In this document: positions 1-8,816 of the stretch, one piece after another
Numbering within the stretch: the first letter of the stretch is position 1
Layout: every line of letters begins with the position of its first letter
Notes under the pieces: model-generated
Told to the model about the DNA's origin: nothing
Databases searched by the model: none
What the model saw: only the letters and a program-made list of their open reading frames with translations
Assembly (NCBI GenBank): GCA_050618075.1
Contig: JBNLVL010000004.1
Location: forward strand, 461,587 to 525,586
Direction: 5' to 3'
Length of the DNA: 64,000 nt
Source: Myxococcota bacterium
Lineage (GTDB): Bacteria; Myxococcota_A; UBA9160; UBA4427
Made by a program: the position numbers and the translations under genes

Positions 1-617
1 TAGCAGTCGCGGCCGAGGCTCGGACACAGGGCGCCGCAGCCGGCCCGGGTCACCGGGCCCAGGCAGGGCGCGCCCCTGGTCACGACCACGCACGCGTGGC
101 CCGCGCGCTTGCACTCGAGGCAGACGCTCGCGCCCGGAAGGTCGGGCGCCGCGCCCAGCAGGGCGCGCAGGAGCACCCGCAGCACCTGGGCCTTGTCGAC
201 CGGGCAGCCCTGGATCTCGGCGTCGACCTTCACGTGGTCCGAGATCGGGGTCGAGGTGTCGAGGGCGTCGAGCCACTCGGGATGGGGGTAGACCTGGCGC
301 TTCCAGCGAGCGCCGTCACCCAGGTTGCGCAGGGCCTGGATCCCGCCGCTCGTCGCGCACGCGCCGATGGTGACCAGGGTCTTCGCGTTCTCCCGCACCT
401 GCACGATCCGCCGGGCGTCGCCGGGCGTGGTGATGCTGCCCTCCACCAGCGCCACGTCGTAGGGGCCGGGGTCGACGTGGCTGGTGGCCTCCAGGAAGAA
501 CGCGATCTCCACGCGATCGGCCAGGGCGAGCAGCTCCTCGTCCAGGTTCAGGATGGAGACCTGGCAGCCGTCGCAGGACGCGAACTTGAACACGGCGAGC
601 TTGGGACGATCGGTCAC
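1..617 (-). CDS. [NiFe]-hydrogenase small (delta) subunit, NuoB-like, group 3b-type; C-terminus cut by window edge
   Basis: Unbroken minus-strand frame runs from GTG at 617 to position 3. It is absent from the ORF track because it has no stop in the window. Translation VTDRPKLAVFKFASCDGCQVSILN...TIGACATSGGIQALRN...CLECKRAGHACVV...CLGPVTRAGCGALCP carries the Cys-ligand pattern of hydrogenase small subunits. GTGA stop-start overlap with the gamma gene. Confidence 0.75.
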   Translation of the reverse strand, partial: MTDRPKLAVFKFASCDGCQVSILNLDEELLALADRVEIAFFLEATSHVDPGPYDVALVEGSITTPGDARRIVQVRENAKTLVTIGACATSGGIQALRNLGDGARWKRQVYPHPEWLDALDTSTPISDHVKVDAEIQGCPVDKAQVLRVLLRALLGAAPDLPGASVCLECKRAGHACVVVTRGAPCLGPVTRAGCGALCPSLGRDC

Positions 618-1465
618 AGGCCTCGGACTCCGAAGAAGCGCGCCACGCGCGAGAAGGGGAAGATGGGGCCGTCCTTGCAGACGAACTCCGGCCCGAACTG
701 ACAGTGCCCGCAGAGACCCACGGCGCACTTCATGTTCCGCTCCATCGACACGAAGATCCGATCGAGGGAGACGCCCCGGCCTCCCAGGGTGCGCACCGCG
801 TAGCGCATCATGACCTCGGGCCCGCACATGAAGACGATGGTGCGGCCGGGATCGAGCTCGACCTCGCTGAACAGCTCGGTCACCACGCCCTGGCGGTCCC
901 GCCAGGTGCGATCGGGCTCGTCGGCGGTGAGGAGCACCTGGGTGTCGGGCTCGCGCCTCCAGGCCTCGAAGCGGTCGCGGTGCACCATGTCGGCGGGCTT
1001 CTTGACCCCGTGGAGCACGACGATGCGTCCGTAGCTGGACCGCCTCCGGAACATGTAGTCGATGGCGCCGGTCACCGGCGCGCAGCCCAGGCCACCGGTC
1101 ACCACCAGGACGTCCTTGTAGCGCGCCTCCTGCAGGGGCCACGCGGAGCCGTAGGGCCCGCGGATCCCGAGGATGTCGCCGACGTCGAGCGACTCGATCA
1201 CCCGGGTGGTGCGCCCGACGATGCGGATGGTGTGCTCGAGGTCGGGGTCCTCCGGGTCCGACGAGATCGAGATGGCGACCTCGCCCACCCCGGGCACGTA
1301 GACCATGTTGAACTGGCCCTGCATGAAGTCGAAGCGGGGCCGCGCGGCCGGGTCGCAGAGGCGCAGGCGGAAGACGTGGATCTCCGGTCCGTAGGAGCGC
1401 TTCTCCACGATCTCGGCGTTCTCCGGGACGAGCGCCCGGGCCGAGGCCTCGATGGCCGTCGTCAC
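614..1465 (-). CDS. hydrogenase gamma-type subunit (FAD/NAD(P)-binding oxidoreductase with C-terminal Fe-S Cys cluster; HydG/AsrB-like)
   Basis: C-terminal 284 aa of ORF 614..1789. Has a VVTGGLGCAPV nucleotide-binding loop and a C-terminal MKCAVGLCGHCQFGPEFVC cluster. The upstream part of the ORF is Arg/Pro junk overlapping the beta gene. GTG at 1465 gives a GTGA overlap with the beta stop. Confidence 0.8.
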   Translation of the reverse strand: MTTAIEASARALVPENAEIVEKRSYGPEIHVFRLRLCDPAARPRFDFMQGQFNMVYVPGVGEVAISISSDPEDPDLEHTIRIVGRTTRVIESLDVGDILGIRGPYGSAWPLQEARYKDVLVVTGGLGCAPVTGAIDYMFRRRSSYGRIVVLHGVKKPADMVHRDRFEAWRREPDTQVLLTADEPDRTWRDRQGVVTELFSEVELDPGRTIVFMCGPEVMMRYAVRTLGGRGVSLDRIFVSMERNMKCAVGLCGHCQFGPEFVCKDGPIFPFSRVARFFGVRGL

Positions 1466-2613
1466 GACCCGCCTCCACGGATGGCGGCCACCTCCTCGGT
1501 CAGGTCGATCCCGGTCGGACACCAGGTGATGCAGCGCCCGCAGCCCACGCAGCCCGAGGATCCGAACTGGTCGATCCAGCTGGCGAGCTTGTGCACGAGC
1601 CACTGGCGGTAGCGGTGGCGCACCTGGGGCCGGAAGTTGAAGCCGTGCACCTGGGCGTGATCGCGACTGAAGCACGAGTCCCACTCGCGTACCCGGATGG
1701 AGCCGCCTCCGTCGAGGGCGGGCTCGTCCCGCTCGTCGTGGCAGAAGCAGGTGGGGCAGACCTGGGTGCAGTTCCCGCACGAGAGACATCGATCGGCCAC
1801 GTCGTCCCAGCGCGAGTGGTCGAGGTTCTCGTAGAGGAGGTCGGGGAGGTCGCCGGTCTCCAGCCGGCGCTCCATCCGGGAGGCGCAGGCGTCGAGCGCC
1901 CTGCGCTCTTCCAGCAGCCGCTCGGCGTCGGCCGGCCGGTGGGAGAGCGCGTCGAGGATCTCGCGGCCGGCCTCGCTCCCGCAGCGCACGACGAAGCCGC
2001 CGTCGAGCTCGGTCAGGGCGAGGTCGAAGCCCTCGCGCGCCTCGGGACCCGTGCCCATCGAGGTGCAGAAGCAGGTCGACACCGAGCGGGTGCAGTGGAC
2101 GGCGACGAGCAGCAGACCCTTGCGCCGGCTGGCGTAGTAGGGGTCGGGGTAGCGATCGTGCAGGAAGACCCGGTCCTGCACCCGCAGCGCGGCGAGGTCG
2201 CAGGCGCGAACGCCCAGGACCGCGAGCTTCTTCGGCTCGGGGAGCGTCGGCGTGGCGGTGAAGCGGCGGCCAACCCCCTCGGTCTCGATCTGCAGCAGGG
2301 ACTCCCGGGGAGCGAAGACCAGTGGCTTCAACCCGCCGTGCCCGTGCACGACGTCGAAGACCCGCTCGCCGCCGACGGATTCGAGGCGATAGCGCCCGGG
2401 CTGCTGCTCGTCGCGCCAGCCGACGGGAAGCTCCTCGACGCGCTGCACCGCTTCGAGCGAGACGGCTCCGTCCCGGGCCACGGGGCCGAGGGTCTCGTAG
2501 CCGCGCGCCTCGAGCTCGTCCAGCAGGCTCTGGAGGGCGCTTCGCTCGAGCCAGGAGGCTTCAGGGATCGACACCACCTCCGCAGACCTCCGACTCGGGA
2601 TGACCCGGGGCAT
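1462..2613 (-). CDS. 4Fe-4S dicluster electron-transfer (beta) subunit, sulfhydrogenase HydB/AsrA-like
   Basis: ORF 1462..2724 trimmed to ATG 2613 (MPRVIPS...). Two ferredoxin motifs, CLSCGNCTQVCPTCFC and CVGCGRCITWCPTG. Gene order beta-gamma-delta matches hydBGDA-type group 3b hydrogenases. Confidence 0.8.
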   Translation of the reverse strand: MPRVIPSRRSAEVVSIPEASWLERSALQSLLDELEARGYETLGPVARDGAVSLEAVQRVEELPVGWRDEQQPGRYRLESVGGERVFDVVHGHGGLKPLVFAPRESLLQIETEGVGRRFTATPTLPEPKKLAVLGVRACDLAALRVQDRVFLHDRYPDPYYASRRKGLLLVAVHCTRSVSTCFCTSMGTGPEAREGFDLALTELDGGFVVRCGSEAGREILDALSHRPADAERLLEERRALDACASRMERRLETGDLPDLLYENLDHSRWDDVADRCLSCGNCTQVCPTCFCHDERDEPALDGGGSIRVREWDSCFSRDHAQVHGFNFRPQVRHRYRQWLVHKLASWIDQFGSSGCVGCGRCITWCPTGIDLTEEVAAIRGGGS

Positions 2614-2862
2614 CAACGGTATCTGGAGTGCTCGCACCGACGCAAGCGAGCAGCGCGACGCCGCGCGAACGGCTCGGCCGCGCTCCCGGGACGCGGGGCG
2701 TGGTCTCGGGTGAGCCGACTGCATCGCTCGGAGCGGGTCGCGCCGTCGGCCTGGGGCGTTGCTCCCCAGCGGAGCCCGGAACGATCGTTCGCCCCCCGAC
2801 TCGGGAAGGTCGCGGTGGGCCGCCTCGGGACGCGGATTCGCGCAGAGCGGGACCCCGCGCCT

Positions 2863-3459
2863 TCAGTCGGACGCGGGCGCCACGGCATCGACCAGGGCGG
2901 AGACGAAGCGCGCGCGGTCGACGTGGCTGGGCGCGCTCCGGAAGAACTGGTTGGCCAGGTGGTAGCCGACCAGGGACGACATGATCACCGACGCCAGCCC
3001 CTCCGCGTCGCGGCTCGGGATCTGACCCGCCTGCATGCGCGACTGGATCCGCTCGGCACTCCAGCGCAGACCGCCCTCCATCATCACTTCGTTGATGCGC
3101 GGCGCGAGGTCGGGCATCCGGTCGCGCTCACGACCGAGCAGTGCGATGAGGTGCCGCATGCGTTCGAGCCCTTCCAGCGACTCGGTGAACTCCACCGCCA
3201 GCGACACGCGGGGATCGCCCTGGGACACGGCGTCGGGCGGGGGCCCGCTCTCGCGACGCTCGCGCACGCGGTCGATCTCCCGCTCCACCACCGCGTCGAG
3301 GACGTCCTCCTTGGATCGGAAGTGCCGGTAGAAGCTGCCGCTTCCCGGGGAGAGGCCGGACTCGGCCTCGATGTCGGTGACGTGGGTGCCGTCGACCCCG
3401 CGACCGGCGAAGAGGCGGAGCGAAGCGTCCAGGATGCGGTCTCGGGTGCCCTTGCCCAT
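2863..3459 (-). CDS. TetR/AcrR family transcriptional regulator
   Basis: Last 198 aa of ORF 2863..4728, from ATG 3459. N-terminal HTH: MGKGTRDRILDASLRLFAGRGVDGTHVTDIEAESGLSPGSGSFYRHFRSKEDVL. The remainder of the 621-aa ORF is antisense to the PhyH gene. Confidence 0.9.
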   Translation of the reverse strand: MGKGTRDRILDASLRLFAGRGVDGTHVTDIEAESGLSPGSGSFYRHFRSKEDVLDAVVEREIDRVRERRESGPPPDAVSQGDPRVSLAVEFTESLEGLERMRHLIALLGRERDRMPDLAPRINEVMMEGGLRWSAERIQSRMQAGQIPSRDAEGLASVIMSSLVGYHLANQFFRSAPSHVDRARFVSALVDAVAPASD

Positions 3460-3488
3460 GCGATCTCCGGGCGCGCGCCGGCGCCTGA

Positions 3489-3517
3489 TTGCAAGAGGTG
3501 TCTTGCATCCATACAAT
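3489..3517 (+). promoter_or_regulatory. putative sigma70-type promoter of the PhyH operon (-35 TTGCAA, 17-nt spacer, -10 TACAAT)
   Basis: TTGCAA at 3489-3494 and TACAAT at 3512-3517, in an AT-rich island inside GC-rich DNA. It lies 38 nt upstream of ATG 3556, which is preceded by GGAGG. Confidence 0.45.
3490..3507. promoter_or_regulatory. candidate TetR operator: perfect 7-4-7 inverted repeat TGCAAGA-ggtg-TCTTGCA
   Basis: Palindrome read directly from the sequence. It overlaps the putative -35 and spacer in the tetR/phyH divergent intergenic region. Confidence 0.5.
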
Positions 3518-3555
3518 GATGCCCTACCCCGCGTGCCGAGGCCCGGAGGTGCCCC

Positions 3556-4761
3556 ATGTCCGTCGATCTGCGAAGCCGCGCCGATGCCGAGCAGCTCCCG
3601 ATCGAAGCGAGCCGCTTCTTCGGGGACACCCTCCCGCCCCTGCTCGACGCCCACCGGGACCTCATCGCGCCGGGCGCGGGCGAGCTCGCGCTGAACGATC
3701 TGTGCATCGAGACCGACGGCGAGCCCTGGACGCTCCGCTGGTGCGGGGACCGGGCCGAGGTGCGATCCGGCCGCCGCGGTGGGGCCCGGGTCCGGCTGTC
3801 CGCCGAACAGCTCACCGACATCGTCAACGACCAGAGCACGCCCATCGCGCTCATGAGCAACCAGCTGCTCGACATGCCGGAGGGGGGCCTTCCCGACTTC
3901 CTGAACTGGTGGCTGGTCCTGCGCGCGGCCCTCGACGCCCGCCGCATCCACGCGCCCGGCGACGTGAGGCTGCGCGAACGGACCCGCCGCTCGTTCACGC
4001 CCGACGACTCCGACGAAGAGATGCGCGCGTTCCTCGAGGACGCCGGCTACCTGCACATAGAGGGCGTGTTCAGCGAGGCGGAGATGGCGGAGGTCGAGGC
4101 CGACTTCGCGCCGGCCGTCTCGCACTACGAGAAGGGCGACCCCCAGGCCTGGTTCGCGACCACCCGGGACGGAGTGGAACGCCTGGTCCGCATGGAGGGC
4201 TTCGACCGCTACTCCGAGGCGACCAACCGGCTGCTCGACGACGACCGCTTCCAGCGCATCGGCCGGATCCCGGCGGCGGGCCACGTCCAGGCCCGGAAGC
4301 CGGGCAACCGGGTCGGCGCGCTGGTCAAGCCGATCGGCGTGGTGAAGGGCATCTCCGACGTCCCGTGGCACAAGGACTGCAGCCTGGGACGCCACTCCTA
4401 CGAATGCTGCACGCTCACCGTGGGCATCTCGGTGACCGGCGCTGACGCGCGCTCGGGTCAGCTTCGCGTGGTGCCGGGCAGCCACCGCGCCCTCGTCTGG
4501 CCGGCGCCGTGCGTGCAGCCGGGGCTCGACCTCGAGCCCATCGACCTGCCCACCCGCACCGGCGATGTGACGGTCCACCTGAGCTGCACGCTCCACATGA
4601 GCCAGCCCCCGGTCGATCGCGAACGCAAGGTGCTCTACTCCGGCTTCGCCCAGAAGCCCGTCGATCTCGCGGCCGCGGACCGCAATCGCGGACGCCTCCA
4701 GGCCGTGCGCAGCAAGACCCACACCCACGTCTCCCAGGAGCCGGGCTACCTGGGCGAATGA
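3556..4761 (+). CDS. phytanoyl-CoA dioxygenase (PhyH) family Fe(II)/2-oxoglutarate oxygenase with N-terminal SCP2-like domain
   Basis: 401-aa ORF with a GGAGG SD. The C-terminal half has PhyH-like WHKD...(H-x-D facial triad context) and ...HLSCTLHMS. The N-terminal ~130 aa resemble an SCP2 sterol-carrier fold (LSAEQLTDIVNDQSTPIALMSNQLLDMPEG). Confidence 0.8.
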   Translation: MSVDLRSRADAEQLPIEASRFFGDTLPPLLDAHRDLIAPGAGELALNDLCIETDGEPWTLRWCGDRAEVRSGRRGGARVRLSAEQLTDIVNDQSTPIALMSNQLLDMPEGGLPDFLNWWLVLRAALDARRIHAPGDVRLRERTRRSFTPDDSDEEMRAFLEDAGYLHIEGVFSEAEMAEVEADFAPAVSHYEKGDPQAWFATTRDGVERLVRMEGFDRYSEATNRLLDDDRFQRIGRIPAAGHVQARKPGNRVGALVKPIGVVKGISDVPWHKDCSLGRHSYECCTLTVGISVTGADARSGQLRVVPGSHRALVWPAPCVQPGLDLEPIDLPTRTGDVTVHLSCTLHMSQPPVDRERKVLYSGFAQKPVDLAAADRNRGRLQAVRSKTHTHVSQEPGYLGE

Positions 4762-6074
4762 GCGAAGCGGACGTGTCGACCCTCTCCCAGTCCGCTCGCC
4801 GGTGCGCCGGCCGCCTCCGCCAGGGGCGATGGCCGGCCCTGCTGCTGTTGGCGACCGTCCTGGCGTCCACCGCGCACGGCGTCGAGAGCGCGGTCGAAGC
4901 CGGCGGCAAACGCACCGATGCGGTGATCCTCGACCCGGAACGCGTCCCCTCCCTCGAGGGCCTGATCCGCGCCGGGCTCGAACGCTCCGCCCACGGCGAC
5001 CTCGCCGGCGCGGAGCGCTACTGGGCGCAGATCCGCGAGTACCACCCGGACCATCCGGCCGGCCCGCTCTTCGAGATGCAGACCCTCGAAGCCCGCAAGT
5101 CGCTCGACTACCAGGACGACCACTACGACGCGCAGCTGCGCGCCAAGGCCGAGGAGGCCATCACGCTCTCGGAGGAGTGGCTGGAGCGGGCTCCGGACGA
5201 CCCCCAGGCCCACTTCTATGCCGGCCAGGCGAAGGTCGAGATGATGATCGTGGCGGGGGTGGCGGGCCAGTACTACAAGGCGGGCACCATCGGCGAGCAG
5301 GGCCGCAAGCACCTGGAGCGGGCCCTCGAGCTCGACCCCGACCTCGTGGACGCCAAGCTCCCGCTCGGGAGCTACCACTACTATACGGCCATCGCCACGC
5401 GCTTCATCCGCCTCTTCAGCTGGCTCTGGTTCGTCCCCACCGGCGACCGCGAGACGGGCCTCGCCTACATCGAAGAGGTCAGCCGAAAGGGCGACCTCTA
5501 TCGCTTCGACGCCTCCGCGCAGCTCGCGAACATCCTGCTCTACATGGAGGACGCCCCAGAGCGGGCCGCGCCGATCCTCGAGCGCCTGCACCGGACCCAC
5601 CCGGAGAGCGGCTACCTGGCGTTCGAGGTGGTGGAGCTGAAGATGATCGAGGGCGACTACGCGGGCACGGTGGAGAAGGCCCTCGAGCTCGAGCAGAGCC
5701 ACGGGAGCCAGTTCGGGGACGCGACCCGTCGCACCATGGCGAAGATCTGGCGTGCGCGCGCCGAGCTGCACCGGGGTCATCCCGAGAGGACCCGGGCGAT
5801 CCTCGCCGAGATCGATGCGAGCGGACAGGACCTGTCCGGCTGGTGCCGCCGCTGGATGCTGCTCACCCGGGGCAACCTCGAGGACCTGCTCGACCGGCGC
5901 GACGAGGCCGTCGAGTACTACGAGGACGTCGTCGCCCTCGAGTCCCGATGGCAATCGGGCCGCTCCGTCGAGCTGGCGCGGCAGTTGCTGGAGACCCCGT
6001 TCCGCCTGGATGCAGCCGCGCAGCCGCCGTTCGTGAGCGCTTCGCCTCCGGGCGCCCCGCCGGCCCGGAACTGA
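4758..6074 (+). CDS. exported TPR-like repeat protein (hypothetical)
   Basis: ATG 4758 overlaps the PhyH stop (ATGA). Signal-like segment WPALLLLATVLASTAHG. Helical repeat content (ERYWAQIREYHPDHP, HLERALELDPDLVDAK). No enzymatic motif recognised. Confidence 0.6.
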   Translation: MSEADVSTLSQSARRCAGRLRQGRWPALLLLATVLASTAHGVESAVEAGGKRTDAVILDPERVPSLEGLIRAGLERSAHGDLAGAERYWAQIREYHPDHPAGPLFEMQTLEARKSLDYQDDHYDAQLRAKAEEAITLSEEWLERAPDDPQAHFYAGQAKVEMMIVAGVAGQYYKAGTIGEQGRKHLERALELDPDLVDAKLPLGSYHYYTAIATRFIRLFSWLWFVPTGDRETGLAYIEEVSRKGDLYRFDASAQLANILLYMEDAPERAAPILERLHRTHPESGYLAFEVVELKMIEGDYAGTVEKALELEQSHGSQFGDATRRTMAKIWRARAELHRGHPERTRAILAEIDASGQDLSGWCRRWMLLTRGNLEDLLDRRDEAVEYYEDVVALESRWQSGRSVELARQLLETPFRLDAAAQPPFVSASPPGAPPARN

Positions 6075-6122
6075 TCGCGCTCGCGGCTCCGCCGCGCGCG
6101 GCCCGGGACGGCGCGCGCCGGG

Positions 6123-8009
6123 TCAGCGAGCGGTCAGGCGTCCGTAGACCGCGGTCAGTGCTTCGACCAGCTGATCCGGCTTCGGGAGGATGTCCCAGCC
6201 GCCCTCCCCGAACAGCGCGGGCAGGTAGTCGCGGGCGATCGTGTCGATCGCCAGGGCATGGGTGTGGATCTCCCGGGCCTCGGCCTCGCGCAGGGCCTGC
6301 CGGACGTCCGCGATCCCGTACCGGCCCTCGTAGCGGTCGTAGTCGGTCGGCTTGCCGTCGCTGATCAGCAGCAGCAGGCGGCGCTCGGCCGGCTCTGCGG
6401 CCAGGAGCGCGCTGGCGTGGCGCAGGGCGGGCCCGATCCGCGTGTAGCCGGTCGGTCGCAGGGACGCGAGCCGCAGCTTGGCGTCGTCCCAGCGGCCTCC
6501 GAAGTCGAGCACCTCCCAGACGTGACATCGATTCCGGGTCTCGGAGGCGAAGGCGAGAACCTGGATCCGGTCGCCCAGCTGGTGGGCCACCTCGCCCAGG
6601 ACCAGCGTCGCCTCGCGCGCCACCTCCAGGATGCAGCGACCGTCGATCCAGGAGTCGGTCGACATCGACACGTCCAGCAGGACGCTGGTCGCGAAGTCCC
6701 TCCGCCGCCGCCGGGAGCGGATGTAGAGACGCGGGTCGCTGGAGCGACCCGCTCGCCGCGCGACCGTGTCGTCCACGGCCGCCGCGAGGTCGATGTCCTC
6801 GCCGTCGAGCTGGCGCGGAGCCGGGCGAAGGCCCGCCCGGTGCACCTCCAGGCGATGTCGGAGGTCGCGGACCAGCCGGCGATGGGTGACGAGGCAGCGC
6901 GCGGCCCAGCGCGCGTCGCCCCGCTCCGCGCGATCGGGGAACACCGTGCACCAGTCGCGCCGGTAGACCCGCTTGCGGCCGTCCCACTCGTCGTAGGCGA
7001 TTCCGCGAACCACGCCGGGTCCGTCCTCCAGGTCCGCGACCTCGAGGCCGAGGTCGAGGTCGGCCTTCAGGAGCGACTGTGCCGACTGGGACCCGCGAAA
7101 CAGGTCTCCCAGCTCGACCTGGTCGAGGGCCTCCAGATGCTCCTCGAGCTCGTCGGTCCCGTCGAGGTTCCGATGCCCCCCTCCGCGATGGCTGTCCAGG
7201 CTCTCCGCTCGCTCGAAGGGGGCCGTCGGCACCGGATCGCGCGCCGCTTGGGCGTCGAGCTCGACCACCCGCAGCGCGTCCACGTCGGGCGCGTCCAGCT
7301 CGGTCGAGGGCTCGTCGGAGCTCGGGGAGGCCTCCGGCGACCCGGCGTTCGCGACCTCGCCGGGGGTATCGAGCCAGCTGCCCCAGATCGGCAGGTCCGG
7401 ACTCCGGTGCCGGCCGGCCCGGGGGCCCGTGAGGGTCGCGCGGTCGTCGGCGTCCTCCCAGACCGGCACGCCCTCGAGCGCTGCGCGGCGCGCCCGTTCG
7501 AGACAGGCCTCGCGACCCCGAAGTCGGCCGGCCTCCGTGGCGAGGCGGCTCTCCAGCACCTTCGCCATCACCCGGTCGTGTGCGGTCCGGAAGCCCGGCA
7601 GCTCGCCGGCCATCAGCTCGACGGCACCGGCTGCGACCCGAAGCATCTCGAGCGCGCCCTCGTAGCGATCCGCCCGGGGCGCGGGGCGCCCGCGCGTGAG
7701 GCGCCGCATCCCGGACGCCACCACGACCTGGACCCGATAGGCCGCCCGGTTCTCCTCGAGGTCCTTCCACACGGCGAGCGTCGCGGGCAGCATCAGCTCC
7801 GCGCCCCGCACACCGCCCACCCCGCGCGCGCGCCGCAGCCGGACGGACTCTCCCGTCAGCAGCTGCGCCAGCACCGACAGCGAACGGGCCTCGTCCTCGA
7901 AGGTCGCGCTGCCCGCGTCGGGCGCCCGGGACGGCCGAAGGCGCTGCCACCCGGCGAGCAGCGCGCGGAACACGCCTTCCTCGACGTCGAGGAGGTCCCG
8001 CAGCGCCAC
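6123..8009 (-). CDS. norD: NorD (CbbO-like) von Willebrand factor A protein, cNOR activation
   Basis: C-terminal VWA domain with MIDAS LLDVSMSTDS ... LLLISDGKPTDYD. Sits directly downstream of norQ. I place the start at GTG 8009, 2 nt after the norQ stop. The longer 875-aa ORF overlaps norQ out of frame. Confidence 0.8.
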   Translation of the reverse strand: MALRDLLDVEEGVFRALLAGWQRLRPSRAPDAGSATFEDEARSLSVLAQLLTGESVRLRRARGVGGVRGAELMLPATLAVWKDLEENRAAYRVQVVVASGMRRLTRGRPAPRADRYEGALEMLRVAAGAVELMAGELPGFRTAHDRVMAKVLESRLATEAGRLRGREACLERARRAALEGVPVWEDADDRATLTGPRAGRHRSPDLPIWGSWLDTPGEVANAGSPEASPSSDEPSTELDAPDVDALRVVELDAQAARDPVPTAPFERAESLDSHRGGGHRNLDGTDELEEHLEALDQVELGDLFRGSQSAQSLLKADLDLGLEVADLEDGPGVVRGIAYDEWDGRKRVYRRDWCTVFPDRAERGDARWAARCLVTHRRLVRDLRHRLEVHRAGLRPAPRQLDGEDIDLAAAVDDTVARRAGRSSDPRLYIRSRRRRRDFATSVLLDVSMSTDSWIDGRCILEVAREATLVLGEVAHQLGDRIQVLAFASETRNRCHVWEVLDFGGRWDDAKLRLASLRPTGYTRIGPALRHASALLAAEPAERRLLLLISDGKPTDYDRYEGRYGIADVRQALREAEAREIHTHALAIDTIARDYLPALFGEGGWDILPKPDQLVEALTAVYGRLTAR

Positions 8010-8011
8010 GC

Positions 8012-8809
8012 TCAGAAGACCAGGGCGACCAGATCGCGCAGCCCTTCGGCGATCTCGCCGTCGTCGGTCAGCGCTTCGACGATCGCGTGGTTGCAGGCCG
8101 CGCGGCCGGGGACGCCCGCCCGCAGGAGTCGCGCGGCGTTGACCAGCAGGCGCGTGGAAGGACGCTCGGCGAGCCCCAGCGCCTCGGCGCTCCGGAGCTT
8201 CCCGGCCAGCGCCACCAGCTTTCGCGCCGCGCGCTCGTCGACATCGCTCTCGCCCACCACGATCTCGACCTCGACGTCGGGCTCCGGATAGTCGAAGGCG
8301 AGCGCCAGGAACCGCTGGCGCGTCGAGGGCTTCAGCTCCTTCAGCCCGCGCTGGTAGCCCGGGTTGTAGCTCACGACGAGCATGAACTCGTCGGGCGCCG
8401 AGAGCAGCTCGTCGTGGCGGTCGACGAACAGGAAGCGCCGGTGGTCGGTGAGCGGGTGCACGACCACGATCACGTCGCTCCGCGCCTCCGCGAACTCGTC
8501 GAGGTAGAGGATGGCTCCGCTGCGGACCGCGCGGGTCACCGGGCCGTCCTGCCAGACCGTCTCCCCCCCCTCGAGCAGGTAGCGTCCGGTCAGGTCGATG
8601 GCGGACGTCTCGTCGTGGCAGGCCACGGTGACCAGCGGGCGTCCGAGCCGGGCCGCCATGTGCTCGACCAGCCGCGACTTGCCGCAGCCCGTCGGCCCCT
8701 TGAGCAGCAGCGGCGTGCGCAGCTCGAAGGCCCGTTGGAAGACCTCGCACTCGTCGCCGACCGGCCTGTACCAGGGGAGCTCCGATCCGGCGGCAGCCGG
8801 CATGCCCAT
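8012..8809 (-). CDS. norQ: NorQ (CbbQ/MoxR-type AAA+ ATPase)
   Basis: 265 aa. Walker A LLKGPTGCGKS, Walker B ILYLDEF. Colinear with CbbQ/NorQ proteins and immediately downstream of norB. Confidence 0.9.
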   Translation of the reverse strand: MGMPAAAGSELPWYRPVGDECEVFQRAFELRTPLLLKGPTGCGKSRLVEHMAARLGRPLVTVACHDETSAIDLTGRYLLEGGETVWQDGPVTRAVRSGAILYLDEFAEARSDVIVVVHPLTDHRRFLFVDRHDELLSAPDEFMLVVSYNPGYQRGLKELKPSTRQRFLALAFDYPEPDVEVEIVVGESDVDERAARKLVALAGKLRSAEALGLAERPSTRLLVNAARLLRAGVPGRAACNHAIVEALTDDGEIAEGLRDLVALVF

Positions 8810-8816
8810 CTCCCGC

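Noticed and set aside
5863-8291. 695-aa minus and 677-aa plus ORFs overlapping norD and norQ
   Set aside because: These are alternative frames of the NorD and NorQ coding region. They have no motifs and a strongly biased composition.
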